DNA from: Auanema rhodensis
Lineage: Eukaryota > Animalia > Nematoda
NCBI GenBank assembly: GCA_964057225.1
Contig: OZ059897.1
Coordinates: forward strand, 15,810,001-15,874,000
Reading direction: 5' to 3'
DNA length: 64,000 nt
The first letter of the stretch is position 1. Each line of letters opens with the position of its first letter. Shown in pieces: positions 26,839 through 40,426 of the stretch. The notes under the pieces are model-generated. The model was not told the DNA's origin, ran no database searches, and saw nothing but the letters and a program-made list of their open reading frames with translations. A program made the position numbers and the translations under genes.

Positions 26839-28996
26839 ATGAAATGCCATTATGAAATATTAGAAGTTCCTCAAACTGCTGATGAAGACCTTTTAAAAAA
26901 GAGTTATAGGTTTGTTTCGAGGTTATTAATGTACAATGTTCGAATAATTAAGAAAACTAGCTCTCAAATGGCACCCCGATAAAAATCCTGACAATATCGA
27001 AGAGTGTACTAAATATTTTGCTTTAATTCAACAAGCATATGAGGTTTTAAGTGATCCACATGAGAGAGCGTTCTATGATAAGCATAGAGAAAGTATACTT
27101 AAAGGAGGTTGGTATCATTTATTATACGCATCGACGTTTATTTCCAGGATTTGACGAAGATTATAAGGATGAGGCTTTAGACCTGTTTCAATATTTTTCT
27201 AGTTCATGTTATAGAGGATTTACGGGTGATAAAGTTAGTTGAGTATATCAGTGACTTAGTACTGTTTTCCGTTAAGGGATTCTACTCGGTTTATAGTCAT
27301 GTATTTGAAACTTTATCCAACGAAGATTATGATTTTGTTGAAGACCCTGCTGTTAGGTATCCCCAGTTCGGAGATGCGGACAGTGATTACGATACAGTAA
27401 TTTTGTTTTTGTAAAGTTAATTTTTAGTTCTTATGTCCAGGTTGTTGGAGCATTTTATGGTTTTTGGAGCTCCTTCAGTACAGCGCGATCATTTGTTTGG
27501 CTGGACAAGTATGATGTTCGAGAAGCGGAAAATAGAGCCCATGTTCGAGCAATTGAAGCAGAAAATAAGAAGTTCCGAGACGCTGGGAAAGCTGAGAGAA
27601 ATGATCAAATCAGAGTATAAATTTGTGATTACATAAATTTCTAACATTCATAATCAATTCAGGAATTAGTTCGATTTATTAGAAAAAGAGATCCGCGCAT
27701 CAAAGCTTATCGTGAACTATTGGAGTTAAGACAAATAGAAGCGAAAAAGAAGCAAGAAGAGCATAGACAGAGGCAAATTCAGAGGAATAAAGAGTTTGTT
27801 TGTATTGATTAAAGTAATTAATTATCCCTTAAAGGATGATGTTACAATATGAAGAAGATGAGGAAGCTAAAGCAGCCCATCTAGCTCAATTAGAAGAAAT
27901 TATTGCTGAAATGGAAGGAAATTCTTGCGAATCGGTATGAACTTTCAAGATCTTCTGAATTATCAAGTATTTTTAGGAGTCTGATGAAAATGGCGAATTA
28001 CTTCCTCACTGTATTGTCTGTGATAAAAATTTCAAAACTGAGTAAATCTTAGTTTCTCAGTTCTTACTATTTTTGTTTCATTTCAGGAATCAATTAGCTA
28101 ATCATTTAAGTTCCAAACAACACAAAAAACAACTACAAGAACTTAAAAAACATATGAAAGAAGAAGATGCTGCGCTGTTTGGTATTTTTTTTTCTATTCA
28201 GTCAGTAAAGTTTATTCATATTCTAGAAGAAGCAACAGCAGCCAATGAAGAACTACAGAAATCGGAATCAACAAGTAAAAAAGCCAAACGAAGAGCTAAA
28301 AAGAAGAACAAAGCCTGGGATAATAACTCTGATGAATCTGATAAGTAAGGTCGTGTTCACAGAAGTATTTTAAAATAAGTTTCAGAGAAGAACAGCTAAA
28401 CGATGTTGATATTGTTCAACAAAAAATAGAAAATCTTGATTTACAAGATAATCCAAAGGAGATTGTTGAACCTGTAGAGAACGAGGAAGAATCAACTAAA
28501 GAAAAAGTAAAAAAGAGGAGACGAGGTTTGAGTTCTAGTTTTCTTAGTTTTTTTTGTTTCACAAAAAAATAATTCTTGATTCTTATCAGCACTTTCCTTT
28601 TTATAATTTACAGTATATTCTTAACTTGGCCATAGATAAGAATATAATAAACTAATTAATTCTTCTTAATTATGTTTGCAAAATGTCTTTTGGATTTTCA
28701 CTATTAATTTTTTATAAAAGAAATAGAATATAGCATTACAGCAAACAAAACCAATGCTGCTGTTACTAAAGAAGTTCCATTAGTTGAGGAAGTAGATGTG
28801 CAGCCTAAGACGGCAACGTGTGATAAATGCAAAGAATTCTTCGAAAGCAGGTAACACATATAAAAGAACTCTGTTTTAAAAGCCGTTATTCTCTGTTAGG
28901 TCCAAGCTTTTTGCACATTTAAAAGAAACTGGTCATGCTACACTAGTCCATAGCGGAGTATCGGATAAAAAACAGAAAAAAGGAAAGAGGAAGTAG
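26839..28996 (+). CDS. dnj-17: DNAJC21/JJJ1-type J-domain co-chaperone with C2H2 zinc fingers; multi-exon
   Basis: [10 protein letters not shown]...[14 protein letters not shown]-domain, [39 protein letters not shown]...NHLSSKQH and [23 protein letters not shown]; TAG at 28994-28996. Confidence 0.93.
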
Positions 28997-29199
28997 AACT
29001 GCTGTATTTCAAATTTTTATATGATTATGTTATTTATGAAATCAAGATGGATTGTTAAATTTTTGTTAATTGTACTAGTTTTGTTCGTTACTTGTTTATA
29101 CCGGAGGTTCAAAGCAAATCGAAGTGTAATCAAATTTTAAGAATATTTATTATTTTTTTATAAATTATATTATAGATAAAGCTTGGAGCTTAAACGTTT

Positions 29200-32100
29200 T
29201 TATGCTAGTGTCATGGATTCGGTGCGTAGGCCTACTGTGGATGCTCGAAGTTCTCGTACAAGTAGTTCATGATTGGCTTCGTTTTTATTATCTTCTTTCT
29301 CCTGTGCGAAATCTTGAATATCACCTACAATACTCAATATTTAGATATGCATAGCAGTTTGCCTGTTTTCTACCAGATCCATAGATCAAGAACTGTGTTC
29401 CAGATATTATACATAGAACAGCACAGAATAGAAGAACGTGGTTCCACTCTGATGAACTACCCTATAAAAATTAAAATATACAACATTATTGTTGTTTTAT
29501 CTAAAACAGTTTTCAATATTTGTCCGACAACAACAGGAGTTGTGAGTGCTGATATAGTAGAAAGACTACAACTGATAGAAGACAAAGTGGGAGTGAAGCG
29601 TGGAGCCAAGGATAACAGAGACGTGTATGCTCCACTATAATTCGATAATTATGAACCAGAGTTAGTGCAAACCTGGTGTGTGCTCCTAAGAACATGTTTG
29701 CAAAGCAGAACACTATTAATGCCAAAAACTTTCTATCACTATTAACAAAGAAAACTGCTAACAATAATGGGATAGCTACACCAAATGTTGCTGAAATGAA
29801 AATTGAGATTAATTTCCTTCAAGGGTTTTATAAATGAAAGAGCAATCAAATTCTTACGGTAACATTGGGAAAGTTTAACACCTTGAGTGGGTGTCAGAAC
29901 ATCAGTCTGCTTCAACTTATCTACAGTAAACCCCCAAAAGAGCTTGAAGCAGAAATTACAAAACATGGGAAGTGCAGCATAGAAACCATTCTAGAAATAT
30001 GTTATTAAATAATTAAAATAAAGAAGCGAGTTCAACCATGACAACACTGAGTAACAAAACATCTTTGTTATACATAGGGAGATAAGTCATCATTAAAGTA
30101 GCAACAACAGAAATAACGTATGTAGCGAACAAGTGAGACAAATATGCCGGATTTGTAAATATGGCTTTCCATGGTACTGGTACTGATTTCTAAAAATATA
30201 AAATATAATTATTCAATTTGTTAACCTTGAAATTACTAACATCACACACACTTTTTTTTTTTGAAACTGTAGTATCTGATAAATAATTTCGCTCAATATT
30301 TGACATAACTTTGCAGTCATCAGGATGATTAGCTGAGAATATCAGCCATAATGTGCACCAAGTGAAACCCATAACAGCTAAAACGAAAACATAAGTAGTT
30401 AATTTAGCCTTGTATGAATGCCAGTGAATCAGCTGAAATGAAATAATCTTTTGCTAATCACCTGCATAGTAGAAAACAGCGGGCCAACCCAAATTAGAAG
30501 AGCACAACGAAGCATTTATAGGATTTCCTGTAAACATGGCCAACTGATTTCCTGAAAAAAAATCATATTTATTTCCAACAAAATCCAAATTCTGTACCTG
30601 TTGTAAATAAAGCTACAGCGGTACTTCGTTCGACTGCTGGAAACCAATTTGCTGCTATGGTATTAACTGATGGATAGATGAAAGGCTATAGTTAAATTTA
30701 GTAACCTAATATTCGGTATAAGAAACCTCTGTCAAACCAACAGCAAACCGTGCAGCAAAAACAGCTTTATATCCAAAATTATTAGCCAAAAACGGTAAAA
30801 GAGCATTGACAAGAGCCTGAAAAATATAAATTCGTTGTTTACCTTTTCATGCAAGTACTACCCAAGTAAATCAGCTTAACTTGATTATAAATTTATTTTT
30901 CTTAAATGACTGGATGACAAATGCTAATCTTTGATTCGTTTATTCAATGATAATCATGTCGGAATATAGTTTCGATTTGATAAGAAAGGGTATTACCCCC
31001 CTCAAGACAAACAGAGAGCATATGATTTCCGGGGTAAAATAAATTTTCTTTATCTTTTTCTCACCTTAATAGCTAAACAGAGAGCAAACAAATGCTTAGG
31101 GGAAGCTCTTTGAACTAAGTATATTGCTGGAAACATAGTTACAGGTCCTCCCCAATATGATGCTGATATCAACCAGTTCTGGATTGATCCGTCCCAAACA
31201 AATGCGCCCTGAATTTTTATTTGAAAATACTTTATTGTCCGAACTGTTGAACTAACTCCATAGTCCACAATTCTTTTGTCTTCGTCGAAACTCAACTTTG
31301 TTTCATTACTATGTCTCAAATATAACAATTATGTTATTCTACATTTTTCAAACTTACTTTTCAGTAATTCCTTGTAAAATTTGTTGTTGCTTAACAGCAG
31401 TATAGTTAACCATACAAGTCATGGTAATTGAGAAGTTTGTGTTCATGTACGTAGAATTATATAACCCGAATCCAATAAGCAGTATAAGGTGCAGTCTCCT
31501 GGATCTGTAGTGCAATAACGCTGAAAAAACAATAAATAGTAAATCTAATCAAATGCCATTGTAGTTCCCAGTATTCTTAATTTTTTTTTATTATTATTTA
31601 CAATCAGAGAAGTTCTATCTGCAAAAGTGTAATACTGATAACATTTTGCAGTATTTCTAGATTTACTTTTAGCTTTCTGTGATCGTAAATTAACTTTTTA
31701 TATCTTGATATTCATAAAGTGCTTTAGGAACTAAACATGAGTGTTTTAAGTAGTTCTTATCCTTTTTTCTGTTATATTCTTTGCATTTCATCATGTAAGC
31801 CATAAACGTCAAACATAAATCATCGTGTGAGGTCTTGTGCGTAGTCTCCGATAGATGTCCATATTTCCGTTTAATTATGGAGGCTATGATCAAAAATATA
31901 GCATCTGACGTCATTTATGATAAGAAGGTAGTTAATTCAATGAGATAGATGACGACATAATTCGCTTCATTCTCCTATTAGAAACATAAAATATTATCTG
32001 ACATACTCATACAGTTAAAATGTTGAAAGAAAAGACGAAGAAGAGAAAGCTGATTTTTAAAAAAACGAAATAAAATGTTTATGTCGTTTAGAAGCAGCTC

Positions 32101-32534
32101 ATATTAAGACCTAAACATTTATTGAATTGACAGTCACGATAGAAAAAGTGATCAAGAATGTTCATAAATATTTTTATCTTTGCTTCCAATTCTTACTTAC
32201 AAATTACTTTGAAATATATTATTAGTATAAAAACTTTGAATTTTGAAATATTCAGATAAATATTTGAGGCGCTGAGAAAATTGTTTGTGAGAACTATATT
32301 TCTTGCGGTATAAAACCACAAGCGCCACTTAAGTTTAATATTATATCAAAGCTTTAGTTTGAACTGATAAAGAGAATCGAGCAAAATTCTGAACATTTCT
32401 CTGATTTAAATTGTTTTACATAAAGAAACTGAACTGACAAAAATATTGTGATTGGAAAAACAAAACAAAAAATAAAACCTACGTGCACGTAGTTGCATTG
32501 ATTGAGCTGGTTGTTCATTTTCAGACAACGCCAT
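29200..32534 (-). CDS. SLC17-family (sialin/anion:cation symporter) MFS transporter; multi-exon
   Basis: ATG 32534; SRRLHL...NFSITMTCMVN, DYGGAFVWD, ANWFPAVERST, LGWPAVFY, SVPVPWKAIFT, YSGAYTSLLSLAPRF; intact splice phases in the exons checked. Confidence 0.9.
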
Positions 32535-33294
32535 TTACCACAGATGGGAATAACGTATACTATAAGCGAACATTAAAATTGTGGAAGATAAGGGGGACAA
32601 CGAGAGGAGGGAAAGATTTAGATAAGAATTTGAAGTAAAGACGGTGTCCGCTAGGAAAGTGTTTGTTTGAAGCAGAGATGAGAGAGAACATACATGTATC
32701 TTTCCAAATTCACGTGGAACAATCAAGTAAACCTTGAGTTCTCCTTATTTTTTCTATCAGGTTTCTGCGATTTGATAATTCAAGCAATACTTTCGGATTT
32801 CTCAGCAGGTTTTGCCAATGTTGTTGTGGTTCTCGCTATGTCTATAGCAAGTGAGGACTGTGGGAGCTTCTGACTTTGGAAAGTTCTATCATGAACACAA
32901 TTTTTACGAGATATGAACAGAATGTTGATTAACCAACCAAAAACGATTTTACCATTACAAGCTCATCTGGTTGAGCTATCTTTTCAAGTTACCTGATTTG
33001 TTTAATGTCAAAAAGGACTCTTCGGTCGAATTTTAAAACCATAAAATGTAATCACATTGATACTAAGGTGTGTTATTGTCTGACAAATTGTGATAAATGA
33101 AATTATTGAAGATAATGAAATAAAAATTACACTTTGATTAGTTAATGATGCTTAAGCCTGTTCGTACTTTCGAAACTAAAACTTCTGGTCGTATTGCATA
33201 CTTTTCATGCAATCATATCTGTATTCAACATTTTTATTTCTATAAAAATATTAAAAACAATTATCAAATAATCTGCAACGTGGAAATAGAAAGC

Positions 33295-36200
33295 CTAGGA
33301 TTCATCCCCGCTTGATCGGTCAGGCATATCGATGCGATCGGCCAAGACAATTCCCGTCGGTGTTTTAGCATCCACACGGAGCGCATCAGGATCCAGAGCT
33401 TCCATGGCTCCCAAAGTCTCCAAATATGGAGAAACTATTTCCCAAACCTTTATTTTCATTGAAGATGAATATGAATATCAAGCATAGTTTTACCTTGTTC
33501 TCTCTTATGAGTTGCAAGACTGCATCAACTTCAGGTTGCATAACACGATCCTCAGTAATAGCTGGACTTACCGAGCGAACCAGCTCATATAGCTAAAAAT
33601 AATTGGTCAAACTAATCTTAAATATTTTAAGATGACCTTATTCAATGGAGCTGTAGATACCAAAGGTTTCAAAAATTCGATTCCTTGGCAAGCTGCCAAT
33701 AACTCCATAGCCAAAACTGCAATAAATGTCACAGTATACATCTTGTTTGTTTATTTAAATTATAAATGTGCTATTGCTACTACAGTTTACCTGCTTCGAC
33801 ATGTTCAACTACTGTTAAAGCTTTCCTTGCGGCAAAACCACCCATACTGACATGATCCTCTTGATTACACGAAGTAGGAATACTATCAGCAGAAGATGGA
33901 TGGCACAGAACTTTGTTCTCAGATACTGATATATAATACATTAACAACAAAGTTGTACTTTCATGAAGCGGTACCTAAACTTGCAGCGCAACATTGAACA
34001 ATCATGAATCCAGAGTTTAATCCACCATCGGGAGTCAAAAAAGTGGGCAGACCACTTAATTCTTTGTTAACTAATCGTTCCAAGCGTCGCTCACTCATTT
34101 GAGCTAATTCATGAACAGCGATTGCCAAATAATCCAATACCTAATCATAACTCACTTATAACAGGCCTAGGAGGCAAGCTATTACCTTAGCTGGATATTC
34201 TCCGTGGAAGTTTCCACCAGAAATTATCTCTTCACGATCAGCAAAAACTAACGGATTGTCTGTGGCCGAATTCATTTCGGTTGATAGAATGTGATAAGCG
34301 AATTCGATGGTATCATGAACGATTCCATGAACTTGTGGGACACATCGCAATGTATAAGCATCTTGCACTTTTCCACAGTTATGATGAGACTCTAAAATAC
34401 ATTTCTAAATTTTAAGTTGATTTCTTTAATGTCTACCAGCAATCTGGGATGGGTTGGCATCAGAATGTAATAAAGATCTCAAACGTTGAGCTGAGATATT
34501 TTGACCTTTATGCGGGCGAATGCGGTGAATATCTGAAAATTTAATCCGTATATTTGAATCATACATATTCTTGTAGATAATAATTGATATCTTAGTTTTT
34601 TTTTAAGAGTCCCAAATAATGGTTTTCTCCCTAGTAAGACGACATATTTATTAATCCTTCATTACGGTTTTGTTTTTTTTTCTTAATATTTTGCTTTACC
34701 TGGATCAAAAGCTCTAGTTGTCCCTTTCAATACTTCAAGTGACAATGCAGCAATAACATCAGCTTGTTTTGCAATATTGTAAGCTCGTTCAACAGCTGAA
34801 AAAATTGATTCCGTTTGTAATCAAATTCCGCTATCTCATACTATATGCTCCAAGAGCTGTGACCATTTGGGTTCCATTGATCAGAGCCAGCCCTTCCTTG
34901 GGACCCAACTCAAGCGGCTCCAAGTTGTTCTCCTTCAAAACAATTGAAGCATCATCCCATCTAAAGATATGATGCATTGGATTATATGATTTTTGATCTG
35001 AGATTATTTTCATTTCCTAGCATTGCGTACAACAAGCAGCTTCTTTTAGATTATCCAGATTTGAACTTTGTTTTGAATTTCACGTTGTGACTCGATACTC
35101 ACCCCGTGGATGGACTCCACATTTTTCCTTCTCCTAAAAGTCCCAAGGCTAGATGAGCTAATGGAGCCAAATCTCCTGAACAACCGACTGTTCCTTGCTG
35201 TGGAACCCATGACACACAGAAAGCTGTAAAATTTTTTTGAAAAATACAACCCGTGTTCGCATCTCGCGTAGGAAAATTATAGTTAGTATTGTAGAACAAT
35301 TCAACTGAGATAATATACCGTTAAAAGCAGCTATCATCTTCTTGATGTTTTCAAAACTTATTCCACTGTGGCCCTTGGCTAGAACATTGATTCTAAGAAT
35401 AGAAATTAGGATGTAATCTATTTACGGATATTGATTGTGTTACCTCAAAGCTAAAAGCATGCGGGCTTTATTCGGACTTAAGGGCTGGCCATACCCAGCA
35501 GCATGAGACCGAATAAGATTAAGTTGAAGTTTTCTGCAATAAAACTTCTAACCAATGATATCATTGATTAATTTAAGAAACAAAATAAATAAAAACGATA
35601 TCATTCTGAAGGAGCGAAAGTACTTTGACTTTTTACTTTATGTCATTTTTTATCTCTGAATAAAAAGAATAAAAAGGTCTGGGCATTTCTTGATTTGATA
35701 AAATCTATTGTATAAAAAAACAAGTTGTTTTTATGTTAAATCATAAGAAACGGTCATAACATGCTAAATATACGCATATAAAAATTACCTAATTTGAGAA
35801 GACTCGATTTTAACATTTGAGAATGTTCCAAATCCTGTTGTGACCCCATACACGACTGAAAGTATTGCTTTCGATTACAAGATATTTAAAAAAAATTTGT
35901 TTCAAACTGTGAATAAAAATATAGTATTTTCTGAAGGCTTCCTAACCTTTATGTTCAGCCGCAATTTTTTCAAGAAACGCACGTCCCTTTCGAATTCGTT
36001 CTTCAGCATCCATAGACAACTGAAATTGTTTATTGCTTATAGCATTTCTTAATTTTTTCCAAAGCGCAAAGAATAATTTTCTAACTTGAATTAAGCATTC
36101 TCCCTTCTCACAAAGTACAAGATCTTCGGGTCTTAAGCTGTTACCATCCAGAATCAAAAGCTTAGATGGCTTCGGGAAGAATAGTGGTTCTTCCGGCACA

Positions 36201-36860
36201 TTGAAGGAAATTCTACAAATGTTTGATACCTACTGTTAAAACTCCAAATTTGTATTACGCTTTTTTTTTCTTTAGGCTTTCGAGCTGCTTCTTGTTTTCC
36301 GCTAACTCTTCTTGTCGACGCTCTTCTTTAGCCTCTTCAGTATCATCTTTATGAATATCTGGAAGAATAATTCTTATAACAAGTTTAAATAAATCTTTAT
36401 ATACTGAGTATAATGTAGTCTCCATCTTTAAGCACATCAGATACCAAATCCTGTGGATCCAACAACGAATTTCCAATGGTTCTACGAACCTGTTATTGAA
36501 TAGGTTTTAGTTTCATGAGATATACTGTATAGTACTGAGAATACCTCTTCATATTCCCCATCCTTTTGAACCAAAGATGATCGCAAACGTCTCATTTTTT
36601 GAATTGTACGACATGCCACCTTTAATTTTTTATTTAGCTAGATCTTGTAGATATAATCGTTTTTCTATGACATAATTATTATGTGCTATGCTTTGTATTA
36701 TTCAAATTAAAGCAATAGGAATTTAATAAAAATATATATCTACAACATTTTCCAAAATTTTGTTTACAATTTGATTTTCAAAGTATACCTGATGAATGGT
36801 CTCATCATCGGAGCAGGCAACGATAATAGATTCGGGTCCAATTTGAAATTGAAGACGCAT
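33295..36860 (-). CDS. haly-1: Histidine ammonia-lyase (histidase); multi-exon
   Basis: MRLQFQIG N-terminal domain, [34 protein letters not shown] (MIO site), [46 protein letters not shown]. Confidence 0.97.
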
Positions 36861-38826
36861 CCTTAAACTAATGTTTTTAGACGATGTTTGAAACATTCAT
36901 CAAAATAAATTATTCAAAAAAGTACAATTTTGTTAAAATTATAGTATTTCTAAATGAAACCTAAGAATTTATCTTAATATGTTCGAATAATGTCTTATCA
37001 TTATTTTTTTTAATCTACTATTTAAACAAAGAAAGAAAAAGATAATTAGCACAATGGATCATAGCAGGACCAAGTCGAATTTTCGTCTTGAGTGCCCTCG
37101 CTCAATCTCGACAACTGACTTAATAATTCTCTTATATAGACATTTGTCCGGTATACGATCGTAAAGATTTCTTGTCGTTGACACCCCCACATCATCATCG
37201 CCATCAACGGTTGTCGTTATCGTACTCGTCTACAGCAATGTTGCACCAGGTCCTGAACCGGACTTTTCTCCTCTTCTTCATTTGACAGTCATTTCCAACC
37301 TCGTAAAAAGCTATTTGACACCACGTTCTCCAAATCATTGCCGTCAGCTGATGCTAGTTTTGTAGCATTCTAACTATGGAGACGATAAGTTGAATAAGAA
37401 TGATTTCATACATGACCTTATGCTGATCAAAATTCTGTAAATTCTTCATATCAGATGAATACAAAACTAAAAAAAAATACATGCTATAAAACGTCTACGA
37501 AGATATGATCTTTTGAATAAAAAATTATTTGGTACTTTTCTGTCCATATATTCAGACAATATCACCACAGAAGATCACCCCAATTAGCTTTGCTCCTTAG
37601 ATACCTGTTGATTTTTCTCTTTTATCTTTAGTGAAAAAAAAATTTGGAACAGATAGAAATCCCATTTGAAATGTATTAATGCATCTGGCGGAATTTCCTA
37701 AAACTTCTTTTAAACTGAAAAAACCGTGATTTTTGAAAGAGTATTACTGAAACCTTTGAAGATTAGTGTAAATCTCAGAAAAGTTGTTCGTGTTTTTGTC
37801 GAAGAAGATAGCTTATATTCTTAATTAAACTTTTTATAGTTTATTTCAGGTTTTGAAACCAAAGTGTTTGAATGATGAGCAAAATACTGATACCAGATGA
37901 CATTATGCCAAGATATTCGATTTAGTGTCCCATTTAAATGAAGACTTAATTTACTTCTTTTTATGGTTTTCTATTTGCATCCTCTTTTCTTCACCTCGTC
38001 ATCAGAGGTCACTGATCTCCTGATCTGAAAACGTTTTTATGTTTCTAGTCACATTTTGATGAACATGATCATCTTATTTCCGAATCTGAAACACAAATTG
38101 AAAGAATAAAATTTTGCAAATTTGTAAATGTAATTCTTTATATCTATAATAAGAAACAACTTAAGATATACGAAATTTGAATAGCCGGTTAAGTATGTTT
38201 TAGCAGCTGCAGAATTTTAGAGATCAAAAATTGCGAAAGAAATTTGTAAAGAATACGAGAAAATTTCGGTAATCCTCAGAAGAGGGCCCAAAATTAATAT
38301 AATTTTCTTAACCATATAAATAAAGTTAACCGTGCCAACTGATTAAATCAAGGGTACATCAAGAGGGAAATGGTGAGAAACCGAAAAAACTGAAAATAGC
38401 TTAGAAGCGTAGAGCTGGACCAGTTTCATTTTACAAGTTCTCAAAGGTTTTTCAGAAAAGTAGTAAACTATTTGCTGCATCACTAACCGGACGGAGTGCG
38501 ATTTGAAACACGAAAAATGAGTTAGGGTTTCGATGCGGAGTCTCTATGACCTACGAATCATAATAATTTTTTTTACAAAAATCACTGTCTAATTAGACAT
38601 GAGATGCTTACTCGGACATATAAATTAGGCAACATGTCCGAAAGGATGCGATCATTGTACCCACAAAACTTTTCTAATTAGAAAGCTTGACTTTTTCGAA
38701 TTACTTCACACTTTCAATGAAAAATATAAGAAATGAAAGAGAATTCAGTCGATGAAAGATTGATGAATGAAACGGAAATAAAAAATGACTATAAGACGTA
38801 TGAATATATATGCATAACTAATCAGT

Positions 38827-40112
38827 CTACCGCGAAAAGCTAGCACGAGAAAGCCGGGAATCTGTTTCACGTAGACCATATTTAGCTTTTCCTGTTTCTT
38901 CTTTAGTTTCATCAGTTTTAAGCATATCAGCATCAGGTGCTGGAGCGAATGCGCCACATTTGCGTCTGAAAATGAAGATAAAGAATGAAACAAAGGTAGT
39001 GAAAAACCTTTCACATGTACAGCACTCGCACCGCTCATTATTATCACCAAAGAAATCTTCACCATAAAAACAAGTAATCTCCTCGCCAGGATGCAAATCG
39101 CGTAAAACCTACAAAACCATGTATATAATAAAGTTTAAGCGAATATAATATCGTTAATGTAGTCAAATTTGGTCTTCCGGCGTAAAAATCGATATTTTAT
39201 TTCTGCAAAAAATCTACTTATGAACCTGAATATATGCTGTACGCCCGTTTGGAACAAATCTGCAAGAAGCACGACAGTCATGATTTATATAGGCACCAGG
39301 GCCAAGCCAAAGTTGAGCACATTTTTTTCTAAATAATAATTGGCAAGTCAAGAAAAACTATGAAAACTACCTGGTGCTATACATTACTGAAAAGTCATTA
39401 AGACCTGGTCTAAGAAGCTGATCCTCTTCTTTAGTATCAAGCTCTCGAACAACGCCAAATAATCTATCAATTTTTTCCCCTCGTTGCCTAAAAACAGCTT
39501 TATTCAAGCACTTGGTTTAAGTGCCTCACCAATATCTAGTCGATATAAGTTTTGCGCCAACATTGTGTTCTGCAGCATAACGTGTACATTTTTCGATAGT
39601 AAAGCCGGATTTTAAACTGAATATGTTCAAGAATCGTAAAATCTGAAATTAAAATTGATATTTCAAAAAGCCACACAATCTTACATGATCACGAAATTCG
39701 TTTTGTTTGTTAAGCGAATAACCTGCCAAAAATGATCTAATGGAGGAAATATTCAAAATCGATAAAACGGCTTGTGAAAAATCTTGACTTTCCACATATG
39801 TTTTCATTATGCTTCCTGCTTCAACATGCTCACTTTCTTTCAGATATCGGCGTCTAAAGCAAGACAAAAAAGATTAAACTCATACAATACAATAGGCATC
39901 ATATACCTAGGAAACATCTTATGAGTCGGAAACTTTAAAACAACATCAACAGTAACTGTAGTAGCAATATCGTCGAAAAAACACAGCTCTTGCGGAGATA
40001 ATGAATGGTCCCCAGGAGGAATTTCTTTCATTGATTCTAATATGTGCTTAAGAGGTATAGAACTTGGAACATCTACGTCATTCCGTCTATTATACATACT
40101 AGATGAGTGCAT
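38827..40112 (-). CDS. set-4: SUV4-20-type H4K20 methyltransferase (SET domain); multi-exon
   Basis: [10 protein letters not shown]...[83 protein letters not shown]. Confidence 0.95.
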
Positions 40113-40426
40113 CTAAAATTATATTTTGTATAGAAAAGTTAACTGGTCAAACAAACGATTATATCATTGAAACAGCTCACATGAGCAAAGCTAATTAATT
40201 CAGCTTTGATACGCAAGAAGTCGTAAGAGGAAACGGTTCATGAACCGCGTACACATTTTCGTTTGGTCAAAAAAAATGTTCAAATTTTTGTCATAATTTC
40301 TAATTCTCTAGCTTCAAGGACACAGAAGAAATTTTGTATCATGTAATTAATCTGCTTTCTCGAATATTTCAAACTTTGAAACAAAATTTTTTATGTACGT
40401 TAATTGTTTCTAGATCGTAGGTAATA
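40113..40426. promoter_or_regulatory. Divergent promoter region between set-4 and arp-1
   Basis: ~315 bp between head-to-head ATGs; contains CCGCG and TTCAAA. Confidence 0.5.
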
